From a virus, in the IMG/VR virus record IMGVR_UViG_3300045988_087663, positions 1-54,646 of that record: a stretch of DNA of 54,646 nucleotides. One strand, 5' to 3'. The notes beneath the pieces were generated by a model. The model searched no databases. It had not been told where the DNA came from and saw nothing but the letters and a program-made list of their open reading frames with translations. A program made the position numbers and the translations under genes. How positions within the stretch are numbered: position 1 is the stretch's first letter; each line of letters begins with the position of its first letter. This document shows positions 16,805 to 24,437 of the stretch, in pieces.

Positions 16805-17899
16805 ATGAAAGTAGTAACAAGCAGAATGAAAGATGCAGTAAACAAAGCAATCAAAGGAGCAGGATTTAATAATCTTATTCCTATTACATCAATGATAGGT
16901 ATTAAATTATCAGATGGAAAGTTACGGTTGCTTACAACGGACATGACAAATACACTTTGTATTATCATTGACAAGGTCTCCGGCGTGGATATGGATATCA
17001 CGGTTGATGCTGACAAGTTCGGAAAGTTGATTTCAAAGATCACTTCCGAGGACATTGAATTATTGGTTATTGACGATGTTTTATCAATCAAAGCCAACGG
17101 AAATTATAAGATTCCATTGATTTCAGACGAAGACGGACTTATTTCATTCCCAGATATTAAGCCATTAGATGATAAGAATGTGCAGTGTTCAACCAAACTT
17201 TCAAGTGTTATGCAGGCTTATAATATCAATAAATCAGCACTTGCAAAAACACTTGAGAATCCGTCTTTAACAGGTTATTATTGTGGAGATACTGTTATTA
17301 GTACGGATGCAAATGTCATTACATTCAATGGGTTTAAGATGTTTGATAATGAAGAACCTATTCTTATTTCCGCTCAACAGATGCAGTTATTAACATTGAA
17401 TACAAAGGAGGATATTGAAGTTTATATTGGAAAAACAGGTATTCAGTTCGTGACAGAAGATGTTGTGATTGATGGAGCATTGATGGAAGGAATTGAAGAT
17501 TTCCCAGCTAATGAAGTAAACGCTTATCTTGATGAAGCATTTACATCTTCTTGCAAAGTACCAAAAGATTTACTTCTTTCCGTACTTGATAGACTTGCAT
17601 TATTCATTGAACCGTATGACAAGAACGGAGCATATTTCACATTCGGAAGAAAGGGAATCAATATTCACAGTAAAAAGGATGCTTCAACAGAGACTATCAA
17701 CTATGTGGAAAGTAAGAACTTTGCACCATTTGTATGCTGTGTAGATATTCCAATGTTGAAGGAACAGTTGCAGGCTAATCCGGACGATACGGTGAAGATT
17801 TGCTATGGAAATGAAAATGCGTTGAAGATTGAAAGCGGAAAAGTGACACAGGTTATAGCATTGCTTGAAGATGAAGAACTTGACAATATGACAGAATAA
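16805..17899 (+). CDS. dnaN: DnaN-like sliding clamp (beta-clamp family)
   Basis: 364 aa. LRLLTTDMTNTL, VISTDANVITF, GALMEGIEDFP and LLSVLDRLALF are spaced as in the three DnaN domains. Confidence 0.65.
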   Translation: MKVVTSRMKDAVNKAIKGAGFNNLIPITSMIGIKLSDGKLRLLTTDMTNTLCIIIDKVSGVDMDITVDADKFGKLISKITSEDIELLVIDDVLSIKANGNYKIPLISDEDGLISFPDIKPLDDKNVQCSTKLSSVMQAYNINKSALAKTLENPSLTGYYCGDTVISTDANVITFNGFKMFDNEEPILISAQQMQLLTLNTKEDIEVYIGKTGIQFVTEDVVIDGALMEGIEDFPANEVNAYLDEAFTSSCKVPKDLLLSVLDRLALFIEPYDKNGAYFTFGRKGINIHSKKDASTETINYVESKNFAPFVCCVDIPMLKEQLQANPDDTVKICYGNENALKIESGKVTQVIALLEDEELDNMTE

Positions 17900-17907
17900 T
17901 TATGAGT

Positions 17908-17942
17908 ATGCACCTTATATAAATATAGGGTGCATATTTTTT
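17908..17942 (+). terminator. Rho-independent terminator
   Basis: 13-bp stem ATGCACCTTATAT / ATATAGGGTGCAT, 3-nt loop, T6 tail. Confidence 0.8.
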
Positions 17943-17962
17943 GAAAAATTTCAAAAAATCAC

Positions 17963-17991
17963 TTGCATTTTATATTTTTATGTGTTACAAT
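17963..17991 (+). promoter_or_regulatory. Repeated-cassette promoter (TTGCAT-17-TGtTACAAT)
   Basis: -35 17963-17968, -10 17986-17991. T6GA5 tract 17937-17948. Confidence 0.75.
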
Positions 17992-18022
17992 ACAATTACA
18001 TTAAAGAAAGGAGAAAAAGTAA

Positions 18023-18445
18023 ATGGTTGTATGGAAATTCAATAATCTATACAAGGCGGATGCCGAAAAAGTATCGAAAGAGATTGAAAGTATATCAAAT
18101 GCAACACCATCAAGAATACTTGAATATGCAAGAAATGAGAACAGCGAATTGCATAAATGCTTTGAATGGGATGATACAGTAGCGGCGGAAAAGTATAGAT
18201 TGCAACAAGCAAGAAATATTGTTTGTAATCTTGTATATCAAGAAGAAAAGAAAGAAGAACCAACAAAATTAAGAGTATTCTATAACCAATCTTCAACAAA
18301 TACTTATCAACCTACTAGAGTGTTAGTAAGGAATGAAGATAGTTACAAGGAACTTTTAATGCAGGCAAAATCAGAGTTGAGAGCATTTAAGAATAAATAT
18401 AAAATGCTTACAGAATTGGAAGATATTTTCAATTTAATTGACTAA
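18023..18445 (+). CDS. Hypothetical protein
   Basis: ATG 18023 after AAAGGAG. 140 aa. FEWDDTVAAEKYRLQQARNIV motif, family not recognised. Confidence 0.6.
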   Translation: MVVWKFNNLYKADAEKVSKEIESISNATPSRILEYARNENSELHKCFEWDDTVAAEKYRLQQARNIVCNLVYQEEKKEEPTKLRVFYNQSSTNTYQPTRVLVRNEDSYKELLMQAKSELRAFKNKYKMLTELEDIFNLID

Positions 18446-18450
18446 TCATA

Positions 18451-18572
18451 ATGAGTTATACATTCAAATATCTGCATTGCAGATAAGACAGAAAAGAATA
18501 GCATGAGACATAATAGGACATGAAAAAACATTACAAAACAACACAATGCAGATATTTGAGTGTATAACTCAT
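18451..18572. repeat. Long imperfect inverted repeat unit 1 (29-nt arms)
   Basis: 18451-18479 ATGAGTTATACATTCAAATATCTGCATTG is the reverse complement of 18544-18572 except for one position. Inner palindrome TCTGCA-T-TGCAGA. Confidence 0.85.
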
Positions 18573-18626
18573 ACAACAAAACAGGACAAAATAATAAAGC
18601 AAAGAAAACTATAGCATATTACATTA

Positions 18627-18755
18627 CATTGATATCTTTAACATCTACTTTATAAGTAGATAACACAATATAAAACAAAATAGGATAGGGCATGACATTA
18701 CATCACAGAACATCACAAGACAATATTTATAAAGTAGATATTAAAGGTATCAATG
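18627..18755. repeat. Long imperfect inverted repeat unit 2 (27-nt arms)
   Basis: 18627-18653 vs 18729-18755, 25/27 complementary. Inner palindrome ATCTACTT-TA-AAGTAGAT. Loops of both units share ATAGGA..CATGA..CATTACA. Confidence 0.85.
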
Positions 18756-18781
18756 TTATATATTAAAGGAGGACAAATAAC

Positions 18782-19405
18782 ATGAAAACAGAAACTATTG
18801 AAATTAAGAGAATTGATGTAAAGCAGGTAACAGTTAAGATTGTGGGTGATGGAGATTTAATTCTTAACAAAATGAATGATGTTTCTACAAGACATCTTAC
18901 AGACCAGAGAAAAAACAAGGCAAAAGATATGGAAGTGCCTAACGAGTGGGAGCAGATTATTACAGCTATGCATTGGAGAGACGGAAAGCCAACAGATTTT
19001 AGTGAGCAGGGATTGATTGATGCTTTAAAGAATAATGCTCCGTGTATCACAGCATTTGGATTAAAGAAGTCATTTGGTGAGGCAGTTGTGAGAAATGAAA
19101 TTGATAAGTTTAAAACAAAATTTGACCCGTCAGTCAATATTATTGCAAAGGGAAATTTGGTTCCAATTAAGTTCACAGAACATTATATTGATGAAAAACT
19201 TATGTCACCTATGAGAGGAAAGCCTGTACTTGTAAGAATGAATAGATTTAGTGGATGGAGTGCAGAGTTTACAATTCAGTTCACAGAAAATGTATATTCA
19301 TTAGAACAGATTATCAACATTATCAACCTTGCAGGATTCGGGCTTGGAATTGGTAGCGGAAGAACTAGCGGATATGGAAGATATCATGTTGAAGAGGTAA
19401 GATAA
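18782..19405 (+). CDS. Hypothetical protein with a C-terminal RAMP/Cas6-like glycine-rich loop
   Basis: ..SLEQIINIINLAGFGLGIGSGRTSGYGRYHVEEVR. GIG-x5-GYG fits GhG-x5-GhG. TAATG overlap with the Cas4-like nuclease. Confidence 0.4.
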   Translation: MKTETIEIKRIDVKQVTVKIVGDGDLILNKMNDVSTRHLTDQRKNKAKDMEVPNEWEQIITAMHWRDGKPTDFSEQGLIDALKNNAPCITAFGLKKSFGEAVVRNEIDKFKTKFDPSVNIIAKGNLVPIKFTEHYIDEKLMSPMRGKPVLVRMNRFSGWSAEFTIQFTENVYSLEQIINIINLAGFGLGIGSGRTSGYGRYHVEEVR

Positions 19406-20202
19406 TGAGTAGAAGATTATTAAACTTAATCAATAACAATCAGCCACAACTTCCTGCAAATAAGAAGTTTCTGGCGGATGTAATGAGTTGTATTGAAAGA
19501 ACAGAGCAAGAAAGAAGAAGAAAAGGAAGTAATTATTATAAGCCTTCTTCCTTGCATTGTATGAGGAATATGTATTTTACTCGTACAAAAGCCCCACAAG
19601 ACCCGGAAGTATCCGAGTACAATTCAACAGGAATGGCAGATACTGGGACAGACCGACACGAAAGAATACAAAATGTACTTTTGCATATGCAGGAGATGGG
19701 CTATGATTGGAAATATCTCGATGTTGCTGAATATGTGAAGCAGAAACAGAAGTTCGGTAAATGTCGAAATTTAATAATAAAAGGTACACAAGGAGCGGAA
19801 ACGCATCTTATAGATACTGCATTGAATCTATCTTTTAGATGTGATGGCATTATCCGTAGATTGTCTACAAATGAGGATTATCTGTTTGAGTTCAAGAATG
19901 TTGTTTCATTCAAATATAACCAGTTGAATGACCATTGTTTAGAACAGCATCACAATCAGGTAATCTGCTACTGTACTGCGTTGGATTTGGACAAGGCTTT
20001 TGTGACGTATGAAAACCGTGATATCTGTACGTTAGAAGTACCTGAGATTTTCCATGTAACAAAGGATATGAAAGATTGGCTTGTTGGTTATATAAGCGAG
20101 TGTGAAGGTTATGTGGAAAGAATGATTGCACCGCCAAAAACGGAAGATACAAAGAACTGTCGGTGGTGCAGATACAAAAATATATGTAGAAAGGTTGGAT
20201 AA
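19405..20202 (+). CDS. Cas4/RecB-like PD-(D/E)XK nuclease with 4-Cys Fe-S cluster signature
   Basis: N-terminal Cys (SSLHC). LFEFKNV (E-x-K), QVICY (QxxxY), C-terminal CRWCRYKNIC (C-x2-C-x5-C). Confidence 0.75.
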   Translation: MSRRLLNLINNNQPQLPANKKFLADVMSCIERTEQERRRKGSNYYKPSSLHCMRNMYFTRTKAPQDPEVSEYNSTGMADTGTDRHERIQNVLLHMQEMGYDWKYLDVAEYVKQKQKFGKCRNLIIKGTQGAETHLIDTALNLSFRCDGIIRRLSTNEDYLFEFKNVVSFKYNQLNDHCLEQHHNQVICYCTALDLDKAFVTYENRDICTLEVPEIFHVTKDMKDWLVGYISECEGYVERMIAPPKTEDTKNCRWCRYKNICRKVG

Positions 20203-20204
20203 AA

Positions 20205-20468
20205 ATGAGTAATTATGTTTTATTCGATGTACAAGACATGGATGTAGATTCAGAATTAAATAATCTTGTAGAAATAGGGGGCTCTTACTGTCATGAACCA
20301 TACTTAATAATGTCAAAGATGACATTTAAGCTCATTAGAATGCTATCTAAAGGATATGATGCTAAAGATAATTCATGGGTATATAGCGGAGATTCGAGCT
20401 GGGTACCCTATGAATTTCAAATCGCAATTGATAAAAGAATACCTTTTGGGGAGGTGAAAGTTAAATAA
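20205..20468 (+). CDS. Hypothetical protein
   Basis: 87-aa ORF tightly packed between the nuclease and the resolvase. Confidence 0.55.
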   Translation: MSNYVLFDVQDMDVDSELNNLVEIGGSYCHEPYLIMSKMTFKLIRMLSKGYDAKDNSWVYSGDSSWVPYEFQIAIDKRIPFGEVKVK

Positions 20469-20932
20469 TGATATATATAGGAATTGACCCGGGAAAAAAT
20501 GGTGGGATTGCTTTCATGTGTGATAACAATAATAGTAATAAAACATATCCATACTCTGATGATGTTTTAATAAACAATCTTGGATTTATATATGCACAAG
20601 ATTTGCAGGATGATGTGATATGCTATCTAGAACACGTTCACGCAATGCCTAAGCAGGGAGTATCAAGCACTTTCAATTTTGGAATGAATTTTGGTTTTAT
20701 TCAAGGCGTGTTAAAAGCATATGGCATTCCCTATGAGCTTGTTACACCGCAGAAGTGGAAGAAAGAATTTTCCTGCACGTCCGACAAAAATACATCCATT
20801 GAAGTATGCAAGAGATTATTTCCTAGTGTTAATTTAAAAGCAACGGAAAGATGCAGAAAAGACCATGACGGAATGGCGGAAGCGTTGTTGATAGCAGAAT
20901 ACGGAAGAAGACATTATGGAAGGAGTTTATAA
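20468..20932 (+). CDS. RuvC-like Holliday junction resolvase
   Basis: MIYIGIDPGKNGGIAF (catalytic Asp). YLEHVHAMPKQGVSSTFNFG. DHDGMAEALLIAEYG. Confidence 0.75.
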   Translation: MIYIGIDPGKNGGIAFMCDNNNSNKTYPYSDDVLINNLGFIYAQDLQDDVICYLEHVHAMPKQGVSSTFNFGMNFGFIQGVLKAYGIPYELVTPQKWKKEFSCTSDKNTSIEVCKRLFPSVNLKATERCRKDHDGMAEALLIAEYGRRHYGRSL

Positions 20933-20934
20933 TT

Positions 20935-21630
20935 ATGAGTAGACGGTTTAAGGTAAAAAATTGTTGTGAGAATTGCGTGTATGCCACGAATTACACCGGT
21001 TATGATGATTTTACTTGTGGCAGTTGTGGTTCTATGATACGTGCAGAAAGATTTGATTGCAAGGATTTTAAGCCTTCATATTCAGCAGAACATAAAGCAG
21101 AAGAGGAAGCACTTAAAAAAGATATAACTGGTAATGTGATTGAAGAGGTTGAATCTTCCGGAACTAATGTAAAAGAAATTTCGGATAAACTTGTTTTATC
21201 TTATTGCAAAGATTTGGATGAAATTATGTCAGTTATTTCCGAAAACCTTAGGGATAGCGGAAGTATGACAGATACGGAGTTGGAGTATTATATTATGGAT
21301 TTGGCAAATACTTTATATTTTGTCGGAACAGCACAAGAGGACTTAGGAATAAAAGAAGATATTTGTAAATCAATTCGACAACGTGTATACTCAAAAGCAA
21401 GGGATGAGGCTTTGGGTAAAACTGTTGCAGATAGGACAGCACAAGCAGAATTAGCAGTGCAAGGAGAGACTTTGGTTCTTTCCATTTATTCCCGGACATA
21501 TAAGAAAGTAAAGTTGCGTATGGAGGCAGGGTATGAAATGTTGAACAGTTTGAAGAAAGTGATGAACAAGAGAATTGCAGAAATGGAACTTTCTAACAGT
21601 AGATATATAAATAATAGTAAAGGAGACTAA
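20935..21630 (+). CDS. Hypothetical protein with N-terminal Cys-rich motif
   Basis: CCENC..CGSCG at the N-terminus, helical C-terminal part. Confidence 0.55.
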   Translation: MSRRFKVKNCCENCVYATNYTGYDDFTCGSCGSMIRAERFDCKDFKPSYSAEHKAEEEALKKDITGNVIEEVESSGTNVKEISDKLVLSYCKDLDEIMSVISENLRDSGSMTDTELEYYIMDLANTLYFVGTAQEDLGIKEDICKSIRQRVYSKARDEALGKTVADRTAQAELAVQGETLVLSIYSRTYKKVKLRMEAGYEMLNSLKKVMNKRIAEMELSNSRYINNSKGD

Positions 21631-21631
21631 T

Positions 21632-21910
21632 ATGGAAAATATATGTAAAAATTGTGAAAATTGTATTGCAAGTAATATGTGCGAAGCTGTTGTGAGTGGT
21701 TGTGATGAAACTATAGATTATGCAAACACAATTTATAATAAGGCTATTGACGATTTACGTAATGAATTAAAAACTCATTACACAGAATACAATATTGATA
21801 GCGTCTTAAGAGATACAGATTATTACTCTTATACAACAGCCTGCAATTATCTTGAAGATTATATTGATGAAATAACAGAGAAGTTGAAGAAAGGTGGAGA
21901 AGATGAGTAA
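21632..21910 (+). CDS. Hypothetical Cys-rich protein
   Basis: CKNCENC..C..C N-terminus, 92 aa. Confidence 0.55.
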   Translation: MENICKNCENCIASNMCEAVVSGCDETIDYANTIYNKAIDDLRNELKTHYTEYNIDSVLRDTDYYSYTTACNYLEDYIDEITEKLKKGGEDE

Positions 21911-22922
21911 TCTTGATTTAATTATAAAAGACCTAAATAAGAAAATGAAAGTAGGAAATATTCAGCTAGGCGTTGATTTTCAAGAAGTACAGAAGATTCC
22001 ATTTTCATCTTGTAGATTAAACTATATGACATATGGTGGAATCCCAGTTGGAAGAATAGCAGAATTTTATGGAGCAGACGGGAGTGGTAAAACAACTACC
22101 GCTATTGATGTAGCAGGAAATGCCCAAAAAATGTTTCCGGATAAAAAAGTGTTATTTGTAGATATTGAACACACTTTTGATTCTTGCTGGGCCACTAAAC
22201 TGGGCTTGAACTGCGATGACATTATATATCTTGACCCAGATAGTATGGGGGCGGAAGAAGTATTTAATATGATGATTGAGCTTATAGAAAGTGGAGAAAT
22301 AAGTCTATGCATATTAGATAGTATAGGTGCTATGGTATCAATGCAGGCAAACGAAAAGCAGATAGGGGAAAGAACTTATGGCGGAGTAAGTATGGCATTG
22401 ACTGAATTTAGCAAGAAAATAACCCCAATTCTTGCAAGAACACAAACTGCTTTTATTGGAATAAATCAAGTCCGAGATGATATGAATAGTATGTATGGGG
22501 GAACAACAACGACAGGTGGAAGAGCGTGGCGGCATAGTTGTAGTACAAGGCTTGAATTTAGAAAAGGAAACTACATTGATGAAAAAGGCAATAATCTTTC
22601 AAGGGCTTGTGAGAATCCGGCAGGAAATATAGTAAATGTAGCATTGGTAAAATCTAAAGTTTGCCGACCAGATAGAAAAGTAGGTTTTTACACTTTGAAA
22701 TATTTGGAAGGAATTGATTATGTATCAGACGCAGTAGACGTAGCAATCAAGATGGGATTGGTTGTGCAAGGTGGAGCATGGTTCTCTTTAGTTGATATTG
22801 AAACAGGTGAAATATTAAGCAAGTATCAAGGTAAATCAAAGTTAGTTGAGTACCTAAAGGAAAATGATAACTATACAAATTTCTATTCAAAATTGGAGAA
22901 ATTATTAAATGAAGAATCTTAG
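21903..22922 (+). CDS. recA: RecA-family recombinase
   Basis: Walker A GADGSGKTT, LFVDIEHTFD, Walker B-like ISLCILDSIGAM. ATG 21903 (track ORF starts at GTG 21894). Confidence 0.8.
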   Translation: MSNLDLIIKDLNKKMKVGNIQLGVDFQEVQKIPFSSCRLNYMTYGGIPVGRIAEFYGADGSGKTTTAIDVAGNAQKMFPDKKVLFVDIEHTFDSCWATKLGLNCDDIIYLDPDSMGAEEVFNMMIELIESGEISLCILDSIGAMVSMQANEKQIGERTYGGVSMALTEFSKKITPILARTQTAFIGINQVRDDMNSMYGGTTTTGGRAWRHSCSTRLEFRKGNYIDEKGNNLSRACENPAGNIVNVALVKSKVCRPDRKVGFYTLKYLEGIDYVSDAVDVAIKMGLVVQGGAWFSLVDIETGEILSKYQGKSKLVEYLKENDNYTNFYSKLEKLLNEES

Positions 22923-22931
22923 TTATCAACA

Positions 22932-22966
22932 AGTTATCCACATTAAATTGTGGATAACTTTTTTTG
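22932..22966 (+). terminator. Rho-independent terminator whose stem is an inverted pair of perfect DnaA-box sequences
   Basis: AGTTATCCACA-TTAAAT-TGTGGATAACT followed by T7. TTATCAACA 22923-22931 lies just upstream. Confidence 0.8.
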
Positions 22967-22985
22967 TTTATTTTTCAAAAATCAC

Positions 22986-23014
22986 TTGCATTTCATCTTT
23001 TTATGTGTTACAAT
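22986..23014 (+). promoter_or_regulatory. Repeated-cassette promoter (TTGCAT-17-TGtTACAAT)
   Basis: -35 22986-22991, -10 23009-23014. GTTAAAGATAACAG 23023-23036. Confidence 0.75.
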
Positions 23015-23060
23015 ATATACAAGTTAAAGATAACAGTTACAAAATAAGGAGGAAAAAGAT

Positions 23061-23258
23061 ATGACAAAAACATTTGCTTACACATTTACAAGAGTTAATG
23101 GAGAGGATGTAACACTTAAAAAAAGAGTTACTGATAAAATGGAAGAATATGATTTTCGTAAAAAAGGTTATGCTGTTAATTATTTCAATGAAGTATTAAG
23201 AACTAAATATGGATATCATAAAAGCATTGTAACAGCTTGTAGGATTGCAGAGATTTAG
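23061..23258 (+). CDS. Hypothetical protein
   Basis: ATG after AAGGAGG, 65 aa. Confidence 0.6.
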   Translation: MTKTFAYTFTRVNGEDVTLKKRVTDKMEEYDFRKKGYAVNYFNEVLRTKYGYHKSIVTACRIAEI

Positions 23259-23273
23259 TAAGGAGTTTTTATA

Positions 23274-23648
23274 ATGAAAGAAATATTTAAACAAATACAT
23301 AGATATAAAGAACAAGATTTTGAAGAGGGTAAACCGTTTGAGTTTACCCTCGATGGAAAAAGAAAAGAAGATAATACTGATTGGATATTTCCACCGGTTA
23401 AAAAAATGGAAATTGGCAAGGTTTATTCCATTTTTGTAAAACAATATATGACAGAACCATCAACACCTAACTTTGACTTTCAGGATAAATGGAATAATGG
23501 AGTTCCTATGCCACAATGCAAAATGGAAGGAGAGGTTATAAAAGAAACAAGGGGGATGTATTATATGGAATTGAAAGCAGATGATATAACATGGACTGGT
23601 TGGGTTATAAAATCAGCAATAAAAGAATGGAAGGAGTTTCAATTATGA
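23274..23648 (+). CDS. Hypothetical protein
   Basis: 124-aa ORF. RBS AAGGAG upstream. Confidence 0.6.
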   Translation: MKEIFKQIHRYKEQDFEEGKPFEFTLDGKRKEDNTDWIFPPVKKMEIGKVYSIFVKQYMTEPSTPNFDFQDKWNNGVPMPQCKMEGEVIKETRGMYYMELKADDITWTGWVIKSAIKEWKEFQL

Positions 23649-23833
23649 AATTGGTAAAAGGAAAGAAATATGAAGTGATAAAGGACTTGTTTGGCGGTGT
23701 ACGTCCGGGGGAAATAGTGGTAGCATTGGGGGAAGAAAGTGTATCTTATTTTGTTGAACTGTCACATTATAAAAAAGAGTATTTGACTTGGATGAATACT
23801 TTGCTCAAAACATTCGTCTATTACCATTATTAG
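23645..23833 (+). CDS. Hypothetical protein. Possible upstream part of a -1 frameshifted gene
   Basis: ATGA overlap with the previous stop. A6 run at 23771-23776. The -1 frame is open from 23773 into ORF 23788..24099. Confidence 0.45.
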   Translation: MKLVKGKKYEVIKDLFGGVRPGEIVVALGEESVSYFVELSHYKKEYLTWMNTLLKTFVYYHY

Positions 23834-24099
23834 ACTATGAAGTCAAAGAGGTGGATGGCGAGGATTATACCGAATCCTGCTTTTACAAAAAAGGAAGTAG
23901 AGAGTGGTGTGAATACATGATTCTTTCTAAATTGAAAGAGATACGTGATATTGTCAACGAGTATAATCCTAATGCTAAATATTTATCTGCGACTGTGTGT
24001 AATGACAGGATATTTTTTAACAATGACTACTGGGAAGACAATGTGCCAAAGTTGGATATGGATTTTTTTGATTATGAAGAAAAGAGGCAAAAAAGATGA
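23788..24099 (+). CDS. Hypothetical protein (TTG start or frameshift continuation)
   Basis: 103-aa ORF in the -1 frame relative to 23645..23833. Only a weak RBS for TTG 23788. Confidence 0.45.
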   Translation: MDEYFAQNIRLLPLLDYEVKEVDGEDYTESCFYKKGSREWCEYMILSKLKEIRDIVNEYNPNAKYLSATVCNDRIFFNNDYWEDNVPKLDMDFFDYEEKRQKR

Positions 24100-24437
24100 G
24101 TACAAGATATTTTTCAGACAAACAAGAAAAACATATTGCAAAAGTAACCGGAGGAAGAGTACAAAGCAACTCAGGTGGAACAAAATTCGGAGGAGGGGAT
24201 GTTCATACAGATAAATTCTTTATAGAAGCAAAGACACCAACAAAAGCACGAGCATCATTCACGATTAAAAAAGAATGGATAAATAAGATGCAAGAACAAG
24301 CTTATGAACAAGGAAAAGAAGAATCTGTATTAGCTTTTAGATTTGACCCAGACACGGATAATGACTTGTATATATTAAGTCAAAGGCAGTTTCTGGAGTA
24401 TCTCGATTTTAAGGAGGGTAAAAATGGAATGTCCTAA
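24096..24437 (+). CDS. PD-(D/E)XK-type endonuclease (Hjc/RecU-like resolvase candidate)
   Basis: GGDVHTDKFFIEAKT gives D..E-x-K. 113 aa. ATGA overlap upstream. Confidence 0.45.
   Translation: MSTRYFSDKQEKHIAKVTGGRVQSNSGGTKFGGGDVHTDKFFIEAKTPTKARASFTIKKEWINKMQEQAYEQGKEESVLAFRFDPDTDNDLYILSQRQFLEYLDFKEGKNGMS

Noticed and set aside
18763-19176. 137-aa minus-strand ORF
   Set aside because: It is antisense to the RBS-supported + strand ORF 18782..19405, which is translationally coupled to its neighbour. The composition is shadow-like.
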